The position numbers and the translations under genes were made by a program. Of a DNA stretch of 64,000 nt, positions 33,638-42,384 are shown piece by piece. Where the stretch lies: NCBI GenBank assembly GCA_964472515.1, contig CAYYMW010000001.1, positions 33,528 to 97,527 of the forward strand. Reading direction: 5' to 3'. This DNA is from an uncultured Verrucomicrobiota bacterium. Lineage in GTDB: Bacteria; Verrucomicrobiota; Verrucomicrobiia; Limisphaerales; J093. How positions within the stretch are numbered: position 1 is the first letter of the stretch; every line of letters starts with the position of its first letter. The notes under the pieces were generated by a model. That model made no database searches. It had not been told where the DNA came from and saw only the letters and a program-made list of their open reading frames with translations.

Positions 33638-34021
33638 GTGAGCAAGCTCACCAAAATTGCCGCGATGTTGGCGCTGGTCCTCTATGGACTGGCGTCAATG
33701 CACTGCATTTTGGAGGGCGTGCCCGGTTTTGATTTCCTCAAGACCTGTTGCTTCGTGGACTCAGGGGCTTCCAGCCCGAAGGATTGCGAAAGCGATGAGT
33801 GCGTTGTCGAGAGCGGAGATTACCGGGCTGAAGAACAGTCTGTCTCCGCGCCCCAACCGCTGCTCCTCCTCGCCCTGCTTTCCTCGGTGATTGAAGTTCC
33901 GCTGCCTGAGCCTCCTGTCGCATCGTTGGTTGCTTCGGAATCTCCGCCGGAACTTCCCAAAGGCTGGCAGTTCTCCCATCGCACGGCCCTTCCTCCCCGT
34001 GCGCCTTCCATTGCTTCCTAA
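33638..34021 (+). CDS. small membrane protein preceding the RND operon, family C (start uncertain)
   Basis: ORF opens at 33542. GTG 33638 or ATG 33665 gives the N-terminal TM 'MLALVLYGLASMHCILEG'. Pro-rich C-terminus ends 'PPRAPSIAS'. Paralog of 47193-47618. Confidence 0.4.
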   Translation: MSKLTKIAAMLALVLYGLASMHCILEGVPGFDFLKTCCFVDSGASSPKDCESDECVVESGDYRAEEQSVSAPQPLLLLALLSSVIEVPLPEPPVASLVASESPPELPKGWQFSHRTALPPRAPSIAS

Positions 34022-34138
34022 GTAGTCCCGTTCGGGACTCTATCTCCGTCGTGGTGTGATCTCACGCCGCGCACTCTCATTTGCCGTTCTCCAGTCGTTT
34101 TGTGTTGGTCGTTCGTGTCGGTGTCTTGTTTGAAATTT

Positions 34139-35467
34139 ATGAAGCAAAGAATTGATTCAACAGTTTTGCGTTCCTTGGCCTGCTCGCTGGCATTCAGCGG
34201 CGGCTGCTTCTTGGGATTCGCTGCCCAAGCGGCTGATTCGCCCGCACCACCGCCACCGGTGAGTTCGGCGACCAATGTCCTGACGCTGGACGGAGCGGTC
34301 GGCCTCGCGCTGGAGAACAATCCTGAACTGCGCGCGTCCAGCGGGCGCATAGATGCGGCCACCGGACGCGCCTATCAGGCCAAGCTCTGGACGAACCCGG
34401 AATTGACCCTGAGCGCGGAGGATTGGCCCACGAGCGGCGGGGGTTTCTCCGATGCCAAGAAGCTGGTGGGGGTGGCGCAGACTGTGCCGTTTCCCGGCAA
34501 GAAGAAGCTCGACCGCCAGATCGGCGTGTCCGGCATCCGATTGTCCGAAGCGGAGTTGAGCCTCCGGCGCGTCGAACTGGTCCGCGACGTAAAGACGACT
34601 TTTTATCAGGTGCTCGCGGCGGAGCGATTGGTGGACGTGGCCGGTGAGTTGGTGAAAGTGGCGGAGTCCTCCGCCACCACCGCCCGCAAGCGGGTGGCCG
34701 CCGGAGCGGCTGCTGACCAGGAACAGTTGCGGGCGGAGATCCCGCTGGAGCAAGCCCGGACCGAACTTTCGGGTTTTCAACGCGAGTTGGTGACAGCTCG
34801 GCAGACCTTGGCGTTGCTCCTCGGGCGTCCGGACCTGAGCGAAACTCCCGTGGCGGGTTCGTTGGCGGAAACCGCCAACCTGAACCTGCTCGAACACGGA
34901 CCTGAGCAATGGCTCGCAAATCATCCCAGCGTGGTCGCGGTGAAGAGCAGTCGTGACCGCGCCGAACTGGAACTGCGCCGGTCTCGGCTCGAACCGTATC
35001 CTGACGTCAGATTCGGCCTCGCAGGTGGACGAGAGTCTGGTCCGGCCGGTGGGGGCATCGTGCAGTTTGGTCTTTCCGTGCCACTGCCAATCATTGACCG
35101 CTCGAAAGGGAAGAAGCAGGAGGCGCAGGCAAATGTTCGCATCGCGGAGGCCGACCAGGTCGCCGTCGAGCAACGGCTGTTGCGCGAGTGGGGCACGGCG
35201 AGCAAACGGTTTCGCACCGCCGTGGAGCAGGTCGCCAGCTACCGCGAACGGATTCTGCCCAAGGCGGACGAAGCCTTGCGGCTGGTGCAGGCCGGCTTCG
35301 AGCAAGGCAAGTTCGGCTTCATTGACCTGCTCGACACGCAACGCACCACCGCCGAAGCGCGTCTCGCGTATCAGCAGAAGCTGCTCGAACTGAGCGTCGC
35401 CCAAGCCGAACTGGAGTCGCTCGCAGCGGGAGGCATTCAACCGCAACCAGGCAAGACTCAACCGTGA
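34139..35467 (+). CDS. czcC: outer-membrane efflux protein (TolC/CzcC family)
   Basis: Start at ATG 34139 gives a signal peptide. Two OEP repeats with typical 'NPEL...' and 'LL..QR' segments. Confidence 0.85.
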   Translation: MKQRIDSTVLRSLACSLAFSGGCFLGFAAQAADSPAPPPPVSSATNVLTLDGAVGLALENNPELRASSGRIDAATGRAYQAKLWTNPELTLSAEDWPTSGGGFSDAKKLVGVAQTVPFPGKKKLDRQIGVSGIRLSEAELSLRRVELVRDVKTTFYQVLAAERLVDVAGELVKVAESSATTARKRVAAGAAADQEQLRAEIPLEQARTELSGFQRELVTARQTLALLLGRPDLSETPVAGSLAETANLNLLEHGPEQWLANHPSVVAVKSSRDRAELELRRSRLEPYPDVRFGLAGGRESGPAGGGIVQFGLSVPLPIIDRSKGKKQEAQANVRIAEADQVAVEQRLLREWGTASKRFRTAVEQVASYRERILPKADEALRLVQAGFEQGKFGFIDLLDTQRTTAEARLAYQQKLLELSVAQAELESLAAGGIQPQPGKTQP

Positions 35468-35480
35468 AAGGGAGGACACC

Positions 35481-35819
35481 GTGCGCATCATAACGAGACA
35501 TACCTTCATTGCTCTGGCGGTTCTGTTCCTCACCATGATGGCCAGCCCAGCATGGGCGCGCCTGCCGAGGCCCATTCAGGCGACGGGCACTGCGGTTTTT
35601 GTGGACCACGACACGCAGTCGCTGGTGTTCAAAGCTGGGAAAGACAAGAAGCCGCTGGTGCTCGATTGGAACAAGGACACCGATTTCCTCAAAGACGGCC
35701 AGGCTACTACCGCCGCACAACTCAAGAGCGGCATTTCCGTCTCGATTCACTACCGCAAGCCCACCTTTGGAAGACCCTTGTTGACCGAAGTCTTTTGGAA
35801 TTCTCAAACGACACACTGA
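35481..35819 (+). CDS. small secreted protein, family D
   Basis: 112 aa with a GTG start and signal peptide '...MMASPAWA'. 'FVDHDTQSLVFKAGKDKKPLVLDWNKDTDF'. Paralog of 41694-42029. Confidence 0.55.
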   Translation: MRIITRHTFIALAVLFLTMMASPAWARLPRPIQATGTAVFVDHDTQSLVFKAGKDKKPLVLDWNKDTDFLKDGQATTAAQLKSGISVSIHYRKPTFGRPLLTEVFWNSQTTH

Positions 35820-35849
35820 ACCCCTTAACACACTGACTCGAATTTTAGC

Positions 35850-36062
35850 ATGAAGACGAAAATGACTCTGAAACTCGCCGCGCTGGCGAGTGTTGTGGCC
35901 GTGGCGCTGTTCGCCGGTTGCAAGAAGCAGGAAACCCATAGCGAGCATGATGGTCATGACCACTCCGGCCATGCTCCCGCCAAAACCAACTCGCCCGCCG
36001 CAGATGATCATCAGGGCCATAACCACGGCCCGGGCGAGCACGCTCCTGCACCCGCCAAGTAA
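35850..36062 (+). CDS. His-rich small lipoprotein
   Basis: 70 aa with lipobox 'LFAGC', followed by 'HSEHDGHDHSGH...DDHQGHNHGPGEH'. Confidence 0.6.
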   Translation: MKTKMTLKLAALASVVAVALFAGCKKQETHSEHDGHDHSGHAPAKTNSPAADDHQGHNHGPGEHAPAPAK

Positions 36063-36087
36063 ACAAGTGAACGACAAACAAAAGACT

Positions 36088-37365
36088 ATGACAACACTGA
36101 CGATTTCCAAGATGACCGTTCTGCCGCTGGTGGCGGCGGTGACTCTACTGACGGCCTGCTCCAAGCAGAGTGAACCCGCAGATGACGGACACGGGCACGG
36201 CGCAGGCGGACATGGCGAGGCCAAAGCCCATGTCGAAACCAAGGATGGCGTGGAGATGTGTACCGAGCACAACGTGCCGGAAGCGCAATGCGGCATCTGC
36301 AAACCGCAACTGGCGGGGACACTGAAACCTGGCGAGTCGGCGAAGGTGCGACTGGCCGCCAAAGACTCGGCCGCCATCGCCGGCGTGCAGACGGACACTC
36401 CGACCGTAGGGACGATTGCCGACGCGGTGGAGTGCTACGCCGAACTGGCGTTCAATCAGAACAAGCTGGCCCAGATTGCCGCGCCGGTGGGCGGTATCGT
36501 GCAGGCCGTGGAAGTGGACCTCGGCAGCAAGGTCGAGGAGAAGCAGTGCGTGGCGAACATCTGGTCGGCGGCCATTGCGGAAGCGGTGGCCAAATCGGTG
36601 CTGACGCATCAGACGCTGGACCGCGAGCGCAAGCTGCGCGCCGACCGCGTGACCTCGGAGAAAGACTTGCAACAAGCCGAGGCGGAACATCGCTCCGCCT
36701 GCCAGCAAGCGCGCACGTTCGGTTTCAGCGAGGAAGACATCAACCGGATGGGGGGGAAGCCCAATGACCCGGTGTATCTGGAAGTGCGCGCGCCTTTTGC
36801 GGGTGAAATCGTCGAGCGCAACGTCGTGCGTGGTGCGCTGGTGGAAGCCGGCAAATCGTTGTTCACACTGGCGGATCGCTCCACCATGTGGGCGATGCTG
36901 AACCTTCCTGAGTCGGCGTTGGCCCGCGTGAAAGTAGGGCAAACGGTGGAACTGAGGGTGGAATCGCTGCCGGGCCAGATGTTCACCGGGAAGCTGACGT
37001 GGATCGGGGCGGAAGTGGACGAGAAGAGCCGCATGGCTCGCGCTCGCGCCGAGGTGGCGAACCCCGATGGGTTGCTCAAGTCCAGGATGTTCGCCCAAGC
37101 CCGCATCCTGACACGCAACGCGGAGGGCGCACTGTTGTTGCCGTCCTCGGCCATTCAGCGCATGGAAGGGAAGAGCTATATCTTCGTGAAAGTGGAGGAC
37201 GATTTATTTGACGCTCGCGCGGTCCGTCTCGGGGCCAAGTTCGACGGCAAGGTGGAAATCGTCGAGGGCCTGAAGGCGCAAGAAGTGGTGGCGGTGAATC
37301 ATGCCTTCCCGCTCAAGTCCGCCTTCCTCATTTCCCGGCTGGGCGCGGGTTGCGCGGATGACTAG
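36088..37365 (+). CDS. czcB: RND periplasmic adaptor (CzcB-like)
   Basis: Start at ATG 36088 gives lipobox 'LLTAC'. His-rich 'DDGHGHGAGGHGE' and 'CTEHNVPEAQCGICKP' precede the MFP core. The track extension from 35890 overlaps the previous gene. Confidence 0.85.
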   Translation: MTTLTISKMTVLPLVAAVTLLTACSKQSEPADDGHGHGAGGHGEAKAHVETKDGVEMCTEHNVPEAQCGICKPQLAGTLKPGESAKVRLAAKDSAAIAGVQTDTPTVGTIADAVECYAELAFNQNKLAQIAAPVGGIVQAVEVDLGSKVEEKQCVANIWSAAIAEAVAKSVLTHQTLDRERKLRADRVTSEKDLQQAEAEHRSACQQARTFGFSEEDINRMGGKPNDPVYLEVRAPFAGEIVERNVVRGALVEAGKSLFTLADRSTMWAMLNLPESALARVKVGQTVELRVESLPGQMFTGKLTWIGAEVDEKSRMARARAEVANPDGLLKSRMFAQARILTRNAEGALLLPSSAIQRMEGKSYIFVKVEDDLFDARAVRLGAKFDGKVEIVEGLKAQEVVAVNHAFPLKSAFLISRLGAGCADD

Positions 37366-37399
37366 GCCGAGAGCGACCATCACCTGAAAGACCTATACC

Positions 37400-40300
37400 A
37401 TGCTTAACTGGCTCATCAAGACCTCGCTCAAGAACCGTCTGCTCGTCGCCATCCTGGCGTCGGTGCTCGTCCTGGTGGGCGGGCGCTCGCTCACGAACCT
37501 GCCGATTGATGCCTTCCCGGACACGACGCCGGTGCAGGTGCAAATCAACACCACGCTGCCCTCCCTCAATGCGGAGGAGGCGGAAGCACAAGTCACCATT
37601 CCGGTGGAACTGGCCATCAGCGGCCTGCCCGGCCTGAACAACATCCGCTCCGTGTCGAAGTTTGGCCTGTCGCAAGTCGTGGCCACGTTCGACGATGACA
37701 CGAGCATCTTCCGCGCGCGGCAGCTAATCACGGAGCGGCTGCAAACCATCGAGTTGCCGCCGGGCATTGCGCGACCGCAGCTTGGCCCCATCTCCACGGG
37801 GTTGGGCGAGGTGTTCCATTACGTGGTCCGCTCGGACAACACCAACCGGACGCTCCTGGAATTGCGCGAGATTCAGGATTGGGTGGTGAAGCCGCAGTTA
37901 CGCAAGGTGCGGGGCGTGGCGGAAGTCAACACCTGGGGCGGATTCGAGAAGCAGTTCCACGTCATCACGGAGCCGCAACGGCTGGTGAAATACGGTCTGA
38001 CGCTGGAACAACTCTTTGAGGCGCTGGAGGCGAACAACCAGAACGTGGGCGGCGGCCAGGTGGTGCGCAGTGGGGAATCGCTCCTGGTGCATGGTTTGGG
38101 TCTGACCACGAACGTGCAGGAAATCGGCAGCATCGTCATCGCGTCGTACGACGGGACGCCGGTGCGCGTGCGCGACGTAGCCGAAGTAAAGGTGGACCAC
38201 GAAATCCGGCGCGGAGCAGTCACGGGCGCGGGTAAAGGGGAAATCGTGCTGGGGCTGGGCTTCATGCTCATGGGCGAGAACAGCGCGGTGGTCACGCATG
38301 GCTTGAAAGACAAACTCGCCGAAGTGCAAAAGACGCTGCCCAAAGACGTGGTGGTGGAGGTGCTCTATGACCGCACGGAACTGGTGGATAACGTCATCGA
38401 AACCGTCAAACACAACCTGCTGGCGGGTGCGTTGCTGGTCATCGCCATCTTGTTTGCCTTCCTCGGCAATCTGCGGGCCGGCTTGGTGGTGGCAGCGTCC
38501 ATCCCGCTCTCAATGCTGTTCGCCGGTGATTTGATGTTGCAGGCCGGCATCTCGGCCAGCTTGTTGAGCCTGGGTGCGGTTGACTTCGGCCTCATCGTGG
38601 ATGGCTCGGTGGTGATGGTCGAAAATGCCATGCGTCGCCTGGCGATGCGCCAGCATGAACTGGGACGTCTGCTAACCAAGGAGGAACGCGAGGAAACGCT
38701 GACCAGCGCGTCTCTGGAAGTGGCGCGGCCTGTGGCGTTTGGCGTCGGCATCATCCTCATCGTGTTCCTGCCCATCCTCGCGCTGGAAGGCGTGGAAGGA
38801 AAACTGTTCAAGCCGATGGCGCTGACGATGATTTTCGCGCTGGCCGGTTCGCTGATTCTGGCGCTGACGCTCACGCCGGTGCTGGCGGCGTTGTTTCTGC
38901 CCAAGCAGGTCAAGGAGAAGGAGCCGTGGCTGGTGCGGCTGTCGCATCGTCTTTACGAGCCGGCGCTGGGACTGGCGCTGCGATTCCGCGCGCTCGTCCT
39001 GGTGGGCGCGCTGGCGCTGCTGGTGGGCGTGCTCCTTCTGGCCTCACGCATGGGCGGTGAATTCCTGCCCAAGCTGGGCGAGGGCGCCATCGTGGGCACC
39101 ACCGTCCGGCTGGCGGGCGTCTCGGTTGAAGAAGCGGTGGCCTACAACACCCGCATTGAAAAGCTGCTGCTAGCCGAGTTCCCTGACGAGATCACCAACA
39201 TCTGGTCGCGGCTGGGCAGCGCGGAAATTGCCACCGACCCGATGGGCATTGAACTGACGGATTTCTTCCTGGCACTCAAGCCGCGCGCGCAATGGAAAAA
39301 AGCCCGCACCCAGACGGAGTTGGTGGATAAGATGCGCGAGCTGTTTACCAAATTTCCCGGCATGACGGTGGCGTTCAGCCAACCGATCGAGATGCGCTTG
39401 AACGAAATGATTGCGGGCGTGCGGTCGGATGTTGCCATCAAAATCTATGGCGACGACTTGGAGACGCTCCGCCGCCTCTCCGACGAGGTGCAAGCGATCT
39501 TGGGCGGCATCTCCGGGCGGGGCGAAGTGACCGGCGAACAACTCGTTGGTCAACTCATTTTGCAGGTGCGGGTGGACCCACAAGCCATCGCCCGCTATGG
39601 CGTGCCCACGCGCAACGTGCTCAACGTGGTGGAAGCCGTCGGCAGCCGCAAGGTCGGCGAAATCCGTGAAGGTCAGCGCCGCTTTTCTTTAGTGGTGCGG
39701 ATGCCGGATCGGCAACGCACCGACCCCGACGCGCTCGCGGCCACGCTGATTCCGACGGCGACCGGCTCGGTCCTGCCGCTCAACCAAGTGGCGCAAGTGG
39801 TGGAAACGGAGGGGCCGTCCACCATCAACCGCGAGTGGGGCCGGCGCCGCATCACCGTTCAATGCAACGTGCGCGGGCGTGACGTGGGCAGCTTTGTGGC
39901 CGAAGCACAGAAGAAGATAGCCGACCTGGTGAAACTGCCTGAAGGCTACAGCATCGAATGGGGCGGCCAGTTCGAGAACATGCAGCGGGCCAACGCCAAG
40001 CTCATGTTTGTGGTGCCGATGGCGCTGGGGCTGATTTTCGTGCTGCTCTACTTCAGCCTGAAATCGCTGCGCGACGTATTCATCGTGGCCACGGGCATTC
40101 CCTTGGGCGCGGTGGGCGGCGTGCTGGCGTTGTGGTTGCGCGGGATGCCCTTCACCGTGAGCGCCGCCGTCGGCTTCATCGCCCTCAGCGGTGTGGCCAT
40201 TCTCAACGGTTTGGTGCTGGTGACGTTCATCAAACAGAAGCTCGATGCGGGCGAACCGCTGGAGCAGGCCGTGCGGGAGGGATGTATGGTGCGCCTCCGT

Positions 40301-40537
40301 CCAGTCCTGATGACGGCGCTGGTGGCAGCGGTGGGCTTCATCCCAATGGCGGTCAATGTGGGTGTGGGCGGTGAAGTGCAACGCCCGCTGGCGACGGTAG
40401 TCATCGGCGGCATCTTCACGAACACGTTGCTGACCTTGCTGGTGCTGCCGACGCTCTACACGACGTTCCGGCGCAAGAAGCCCGCTGAAGTGCCAGCCGA
40501 GCCGCAGACCCTGACCCCGGAGAACTCAATAATATGA
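37400..40537 (+). CDS. czcA: heavy-metal efflux RND pump, CzcA-like
   Basis: 1045 aa. N-terminus 'NRLLVAIL...PIDAFPDTTPVQVQINT' is of the CzcA type. 12-TM RND architecture. Confidence 0.95.
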   Translation: MLNWLIKTSLKNRLLVAILASVLVLVGGRSLTNLPIDAFPDTTPVQVQINTTLPSLNAEEAEAQVTIPVELAISGLPGLNNIRSVSKFGLSQVVATFDDDTSIFRARQLITERLQTIELPPGIARPQLGPISTGLGEVFHYVVRSDNTNRTLLELREIQDWVVKPQLRKVRGVAEVNTWGGFEKQFHVITEPQRLVKYGLTLEQLFEALEANNQNVGGGQVVRSGESLLVHGLGLTTNVQEIGSIVIASYDGTPVRVRDVAEVKVDHEIRRGAVTGAGKGEIVLGLGFMLMGENSAVVTHGLKDKLAEVQKTLPKDVVVEVLYDRTELVDNVIETVKHNLLAGALLVIAILFAFLGNLRAGLVVAASIPLSMLFAGDLMLQAGISASLLSLGAVDFGLIVDGSVVMVENAMRRLAMRQHELGRLLTKEEREETLTSASLEVARPVAFGVGIILIVFLPILALEGVEGKLFKPMALTMIFALAGSLILALTLTPVLAALFLPKQVKEKEPWLVRLSHRLYEPALGLALRFRALVLVGALALLVGVLLLASRMGGEFLPKLGEGAIVGTTVRLAGVSVEEAVAYNTRIEKLLLAEFPDEITNIWSRLGSAEIATDPMGIELTDFFLALKPRAQWKKARTQTELVDKMRELFTKFPGMTVAFSQPIEMRLNEMIAGVRSDVAIKIYGDDLETLRRLSDEVQAILGGISGRGEVTGEQLVGQLILQVRVDPQAIARYGVPTRNVLNVVEAVGSRKVGEIREGQRRFSLVVRMPDRQRTDPDALAATLIPTATGSVLPLNQVAQVVETEGPSTINREWGRRRITVQCNVRGRDVGSFVAEAQKKIADLVKLPEGYSIEWGGQFENMQRANAKLMFVVPMALGLIFVLLYFSLKSLRDVFIVATGIPLGAVGGVLALWLRGMPFTVSAAVGFIALSGVAILNGLVLVTFIKQKLDAGEPLEQAVREGCMVRLRPVLMTALVAAVGFIPMAVNVGVGGEVQRPLATVVIGGIFTNTLLTLLVLPTLYTTFRRKKPAEVPAEPQTLTPENSII

Positions 40538-40842
40538 AAGAGATCAAAGCCATCATTCAACCGTTCATGCTGGAGCGGGTGATTAACGCCCTGCATCAAA
40601 TCAAGGGCCTGCCTGCCGTGACGATTTCGGCGGCGCACGGCTTGTCCGTCGAGCGCGGTGCTTTCGACCAAGTGGCCAAGACCAAGCTTGAAATCATGGT
40701 GCCGGACGAGCAGGTCGAGCAACTCGTCGAAGTCATTCAGAAAGCCGCGCATACCGGCAATCCCGGCGACGGGCGCATCTTTGTCCTGCCCGTCGAGACG
40801 ACGGTGAAAATCCGCACCGGCGAGCGAGGCGCGTGGCGCTGA
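40534..40842 (+). CDS. PII-like signalling protein with shortened T-loop
   Basis: 102 aa. 'MKEIKAIIQPFMLERV' and 'GNPGDGRIFVLPVETTVKIRTGERG' match GlnB/GlnK. The T-loop region 'AAHGLSVERGAFDQVAK' is about 10 aa shorter and lacks the Tyr51 context. ATGA overlap with czcA. Confidence 0.8.
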   Translation: MKEIKAIIQPFMLERVINALHQIKGLPAVTISAAHGLSVERGAFDQVAKTKLEIMVPDEQVEQLVEVIQKAAHTGNPGDGRIFVLPVETTVKIRTGERGAWR

Positions 40843-41092
40843 GAGCTATGGACCGCAACTCGACCATGCAACGGCCAGTCCGCGAGCCGCCTCGCTGGGC
40901 GATTCCGATTGAGTTCGACGACGATTTGTCCTTTTGCGTTGTCCTCGCACTCATGTCGAAGCAGAGCGCTGCCCGGACCCTTTCCCCAGCACTCCAACCG
41001 CGCACTTTCGTTCGGTTCGAGAGGAACCGAGGTCGCGGCGGGTGTTGGGGACCATTGAACCTCCAAAGAAAGGACTGAACACGGCCAAGAAA

Positions 41093-41380
41093 GTGAGAAC
41101 CAACCGCACACAAACCCAAATCGTCCGCCTCGAGTTCCAGCGCGAGGGCGCCCAAGCGGTGTCCATCGCCGGAACCTTTAACGATTGGCGCCCCGACGCC
41201 ACGCCGATGATTGCGCTGGACGACGGACGCTGGGTCAAGGAATTGGCCCTGCCGCCCGGTCGTTACCAATATCAGGTCGTGGTGGACGGCGCGTGGCGGC
41301 ACGATCCGGCGGCGGTCGGGCAAGTGCCCAATCCGTTTGGCGGCTTCAACTCCGTGCTTGTGGTGGCAACAATACCATGA
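41093..41380 (+). CDS. stand-alone CBM48 / AMPK-beta-like domain protein (copy 3; start uncertain)
   Basis: 'VSIAGTFNDWRPDATPMIALDDGRWVKELALPPGRYQYQVVVDGAWRHDP'. GTG 41093 was chosen by analogy with paralog N-termini. The ORF opens at 40934. Confidence 0.6.
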   Translation: MRTNRTQTQIVRLEFQREGAQAVSIAGTFNDWRPDATPMIALDDGRWVKELALPPGRYQYQVVVDGAWRHDPAAVGQVPNPFGGFNSVLVVATIP

Positions 41381-41697
41381 AAAGGCACTTCCGCATACAT
41401 CACCCGCCGTCAGAAGTGCAGATGAATTCACTGAACATCCAACTCCAATCCATTTTGAAGTGCCCGAACTGCGGCTTCCGCGTCGAGGAGACGATGCCAA
41501 CAGATGCCTGCGTCCATTTCTACGATTGCCCGCGGTGCGAGACACGGCTCAAGCCAAAACCCGGCGACTGCTGCGTCTTCTGCTCCTATGGAACGGTCAC
41601 GTGCCCGCCCCACCAGGCTAACGAGGATTGTTGTGGGGCAGGTGGTGCGAGGGAAGAAGCGAAAAAGGAAATGAGTCAACGAGGCCATGATTTATGA
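41377..41697 (+). CDS. GDCCVxC-motif Cys-rich protein
   Basis: Start at ATG 41377, with an ATGA overlap. 'CPNCGF...CVHFYDCPRCETRLKPKPGDCCVFCSYGTVTCPP'. About 106 aa with 12 or more Cys. Confidence 0.65.
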   Translation: MKRHFRIHHPPSEVQMNSLNIQLQSILKCPNCGFRVEETMPTDACVHFYDCPRCETRLKPKPGDCCVFCSYGTVTCPPHQANEDCCGAGGAREEAKKEMSQRGHDL

Positions 41698-42029
41698 AGA
41701 CGACCGCCACTTCCAGAGTTGTGGTTGGAGTGTTGCTGAGCGCCGCCTGTCTGGCATCGCCCTCGGCATCCGCAATACAGCCTCGCGCACGACCAGCAGA
41801 GGGAAAGATTTTGTTCGTGGACCACGACACCCGGAGCTTTGTTTTCAAACCGGACAAGAAACGACCGCTGGTGCTGGACTGGACCAGGAACACCGTGTTC
41901 GTCCACAACTGGCAACTGACCAACGCCCTCGCCCTCCGGGAGGGCTTGTCAGGCACAGTCTATTATCACTCGCCCCTGTTCGGAAAGCCGTATGTCACAA
42001 AGGTCATCTGGGAGAACGGCAAGAAGTGA
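41694..42029 (+). CDS. small secreted protein, family D
   Basis: 111 aa with a signal peptide. 'FVDHDTRSFVFKPDKKRPLVLDWTRNTVF'. ATGA overlap with the upstream gene. Confidence 0.55.
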   Translation: MKTTATSRVVVGVLLSAACLASPSASAIQPRARPAEGKILFVDHDTRSFVFKPDKKRPLVLDWTRNTVFVHNWQLTNALALREGLSGTVYYHSPLFGKPYVTKVIWENGKK

Positions 42030-42048
42030 AGCACAAGTGTTGAACTGC

Positions 42049-42384
42049 ATGAAAACAAACAGGAAGTCCAAACAGAAGAAAGACGGGGTAGTCCCACAGA
42101 GAATCCGAATCGAGTTCCACGATGAGCACGCCCGGCAGGTGAGCTTGGCGGGCACGTTCAACGAATGGCGGCCGAATGCCACGCCTATGCTCACGCTAGG
42201 TGGCGGTCGCTGGGTGAAAGAACTGGTGTTGCCACCGGGCCGCTACGAATACCTGTTTATTGTGGACGGCGAATGGCAGTCGGACCCGGCTGCGGTGGAA
42301 GAAACGCCGAATGTTTACGGCAGCCTCAATTCGGTGTTGAACGTGCCGGGGTCTGCGCGGGGCACGAAAGGGACTGAACCATGA
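42049..42384 (+). CDS. stand-alone CBM48 / AMPK-beta-like domain protein (copy 4)
   Basis: Start at ATG 42049 (MKTNRKSKQKKDG...). 'VSLAGTFNEWRPNATPMLTLGGGRWVKELVLPPGRYEYLFIVDGEWQSDP'. Confidence 0.75.
   Translation: MKTNRKSKQKKDGVVPQRIRIEFHDEHARQVSLAGTFNEWRPNATPMLTLGGGRWVKELVLPPGRYEYLFIVDGEWQSDPAAVEETPNVYGSLNSVLNVPGSARGTKGTEP

Noticed and set aside
40934-41092. 53-aa N-terminal extension of CBM48 copy 3
   Set aside because: It has no counterpart in the three paralogs, whose N-termini are short and basic. A downstream GTG at 41093 fits better, but the true start remains uncertain.
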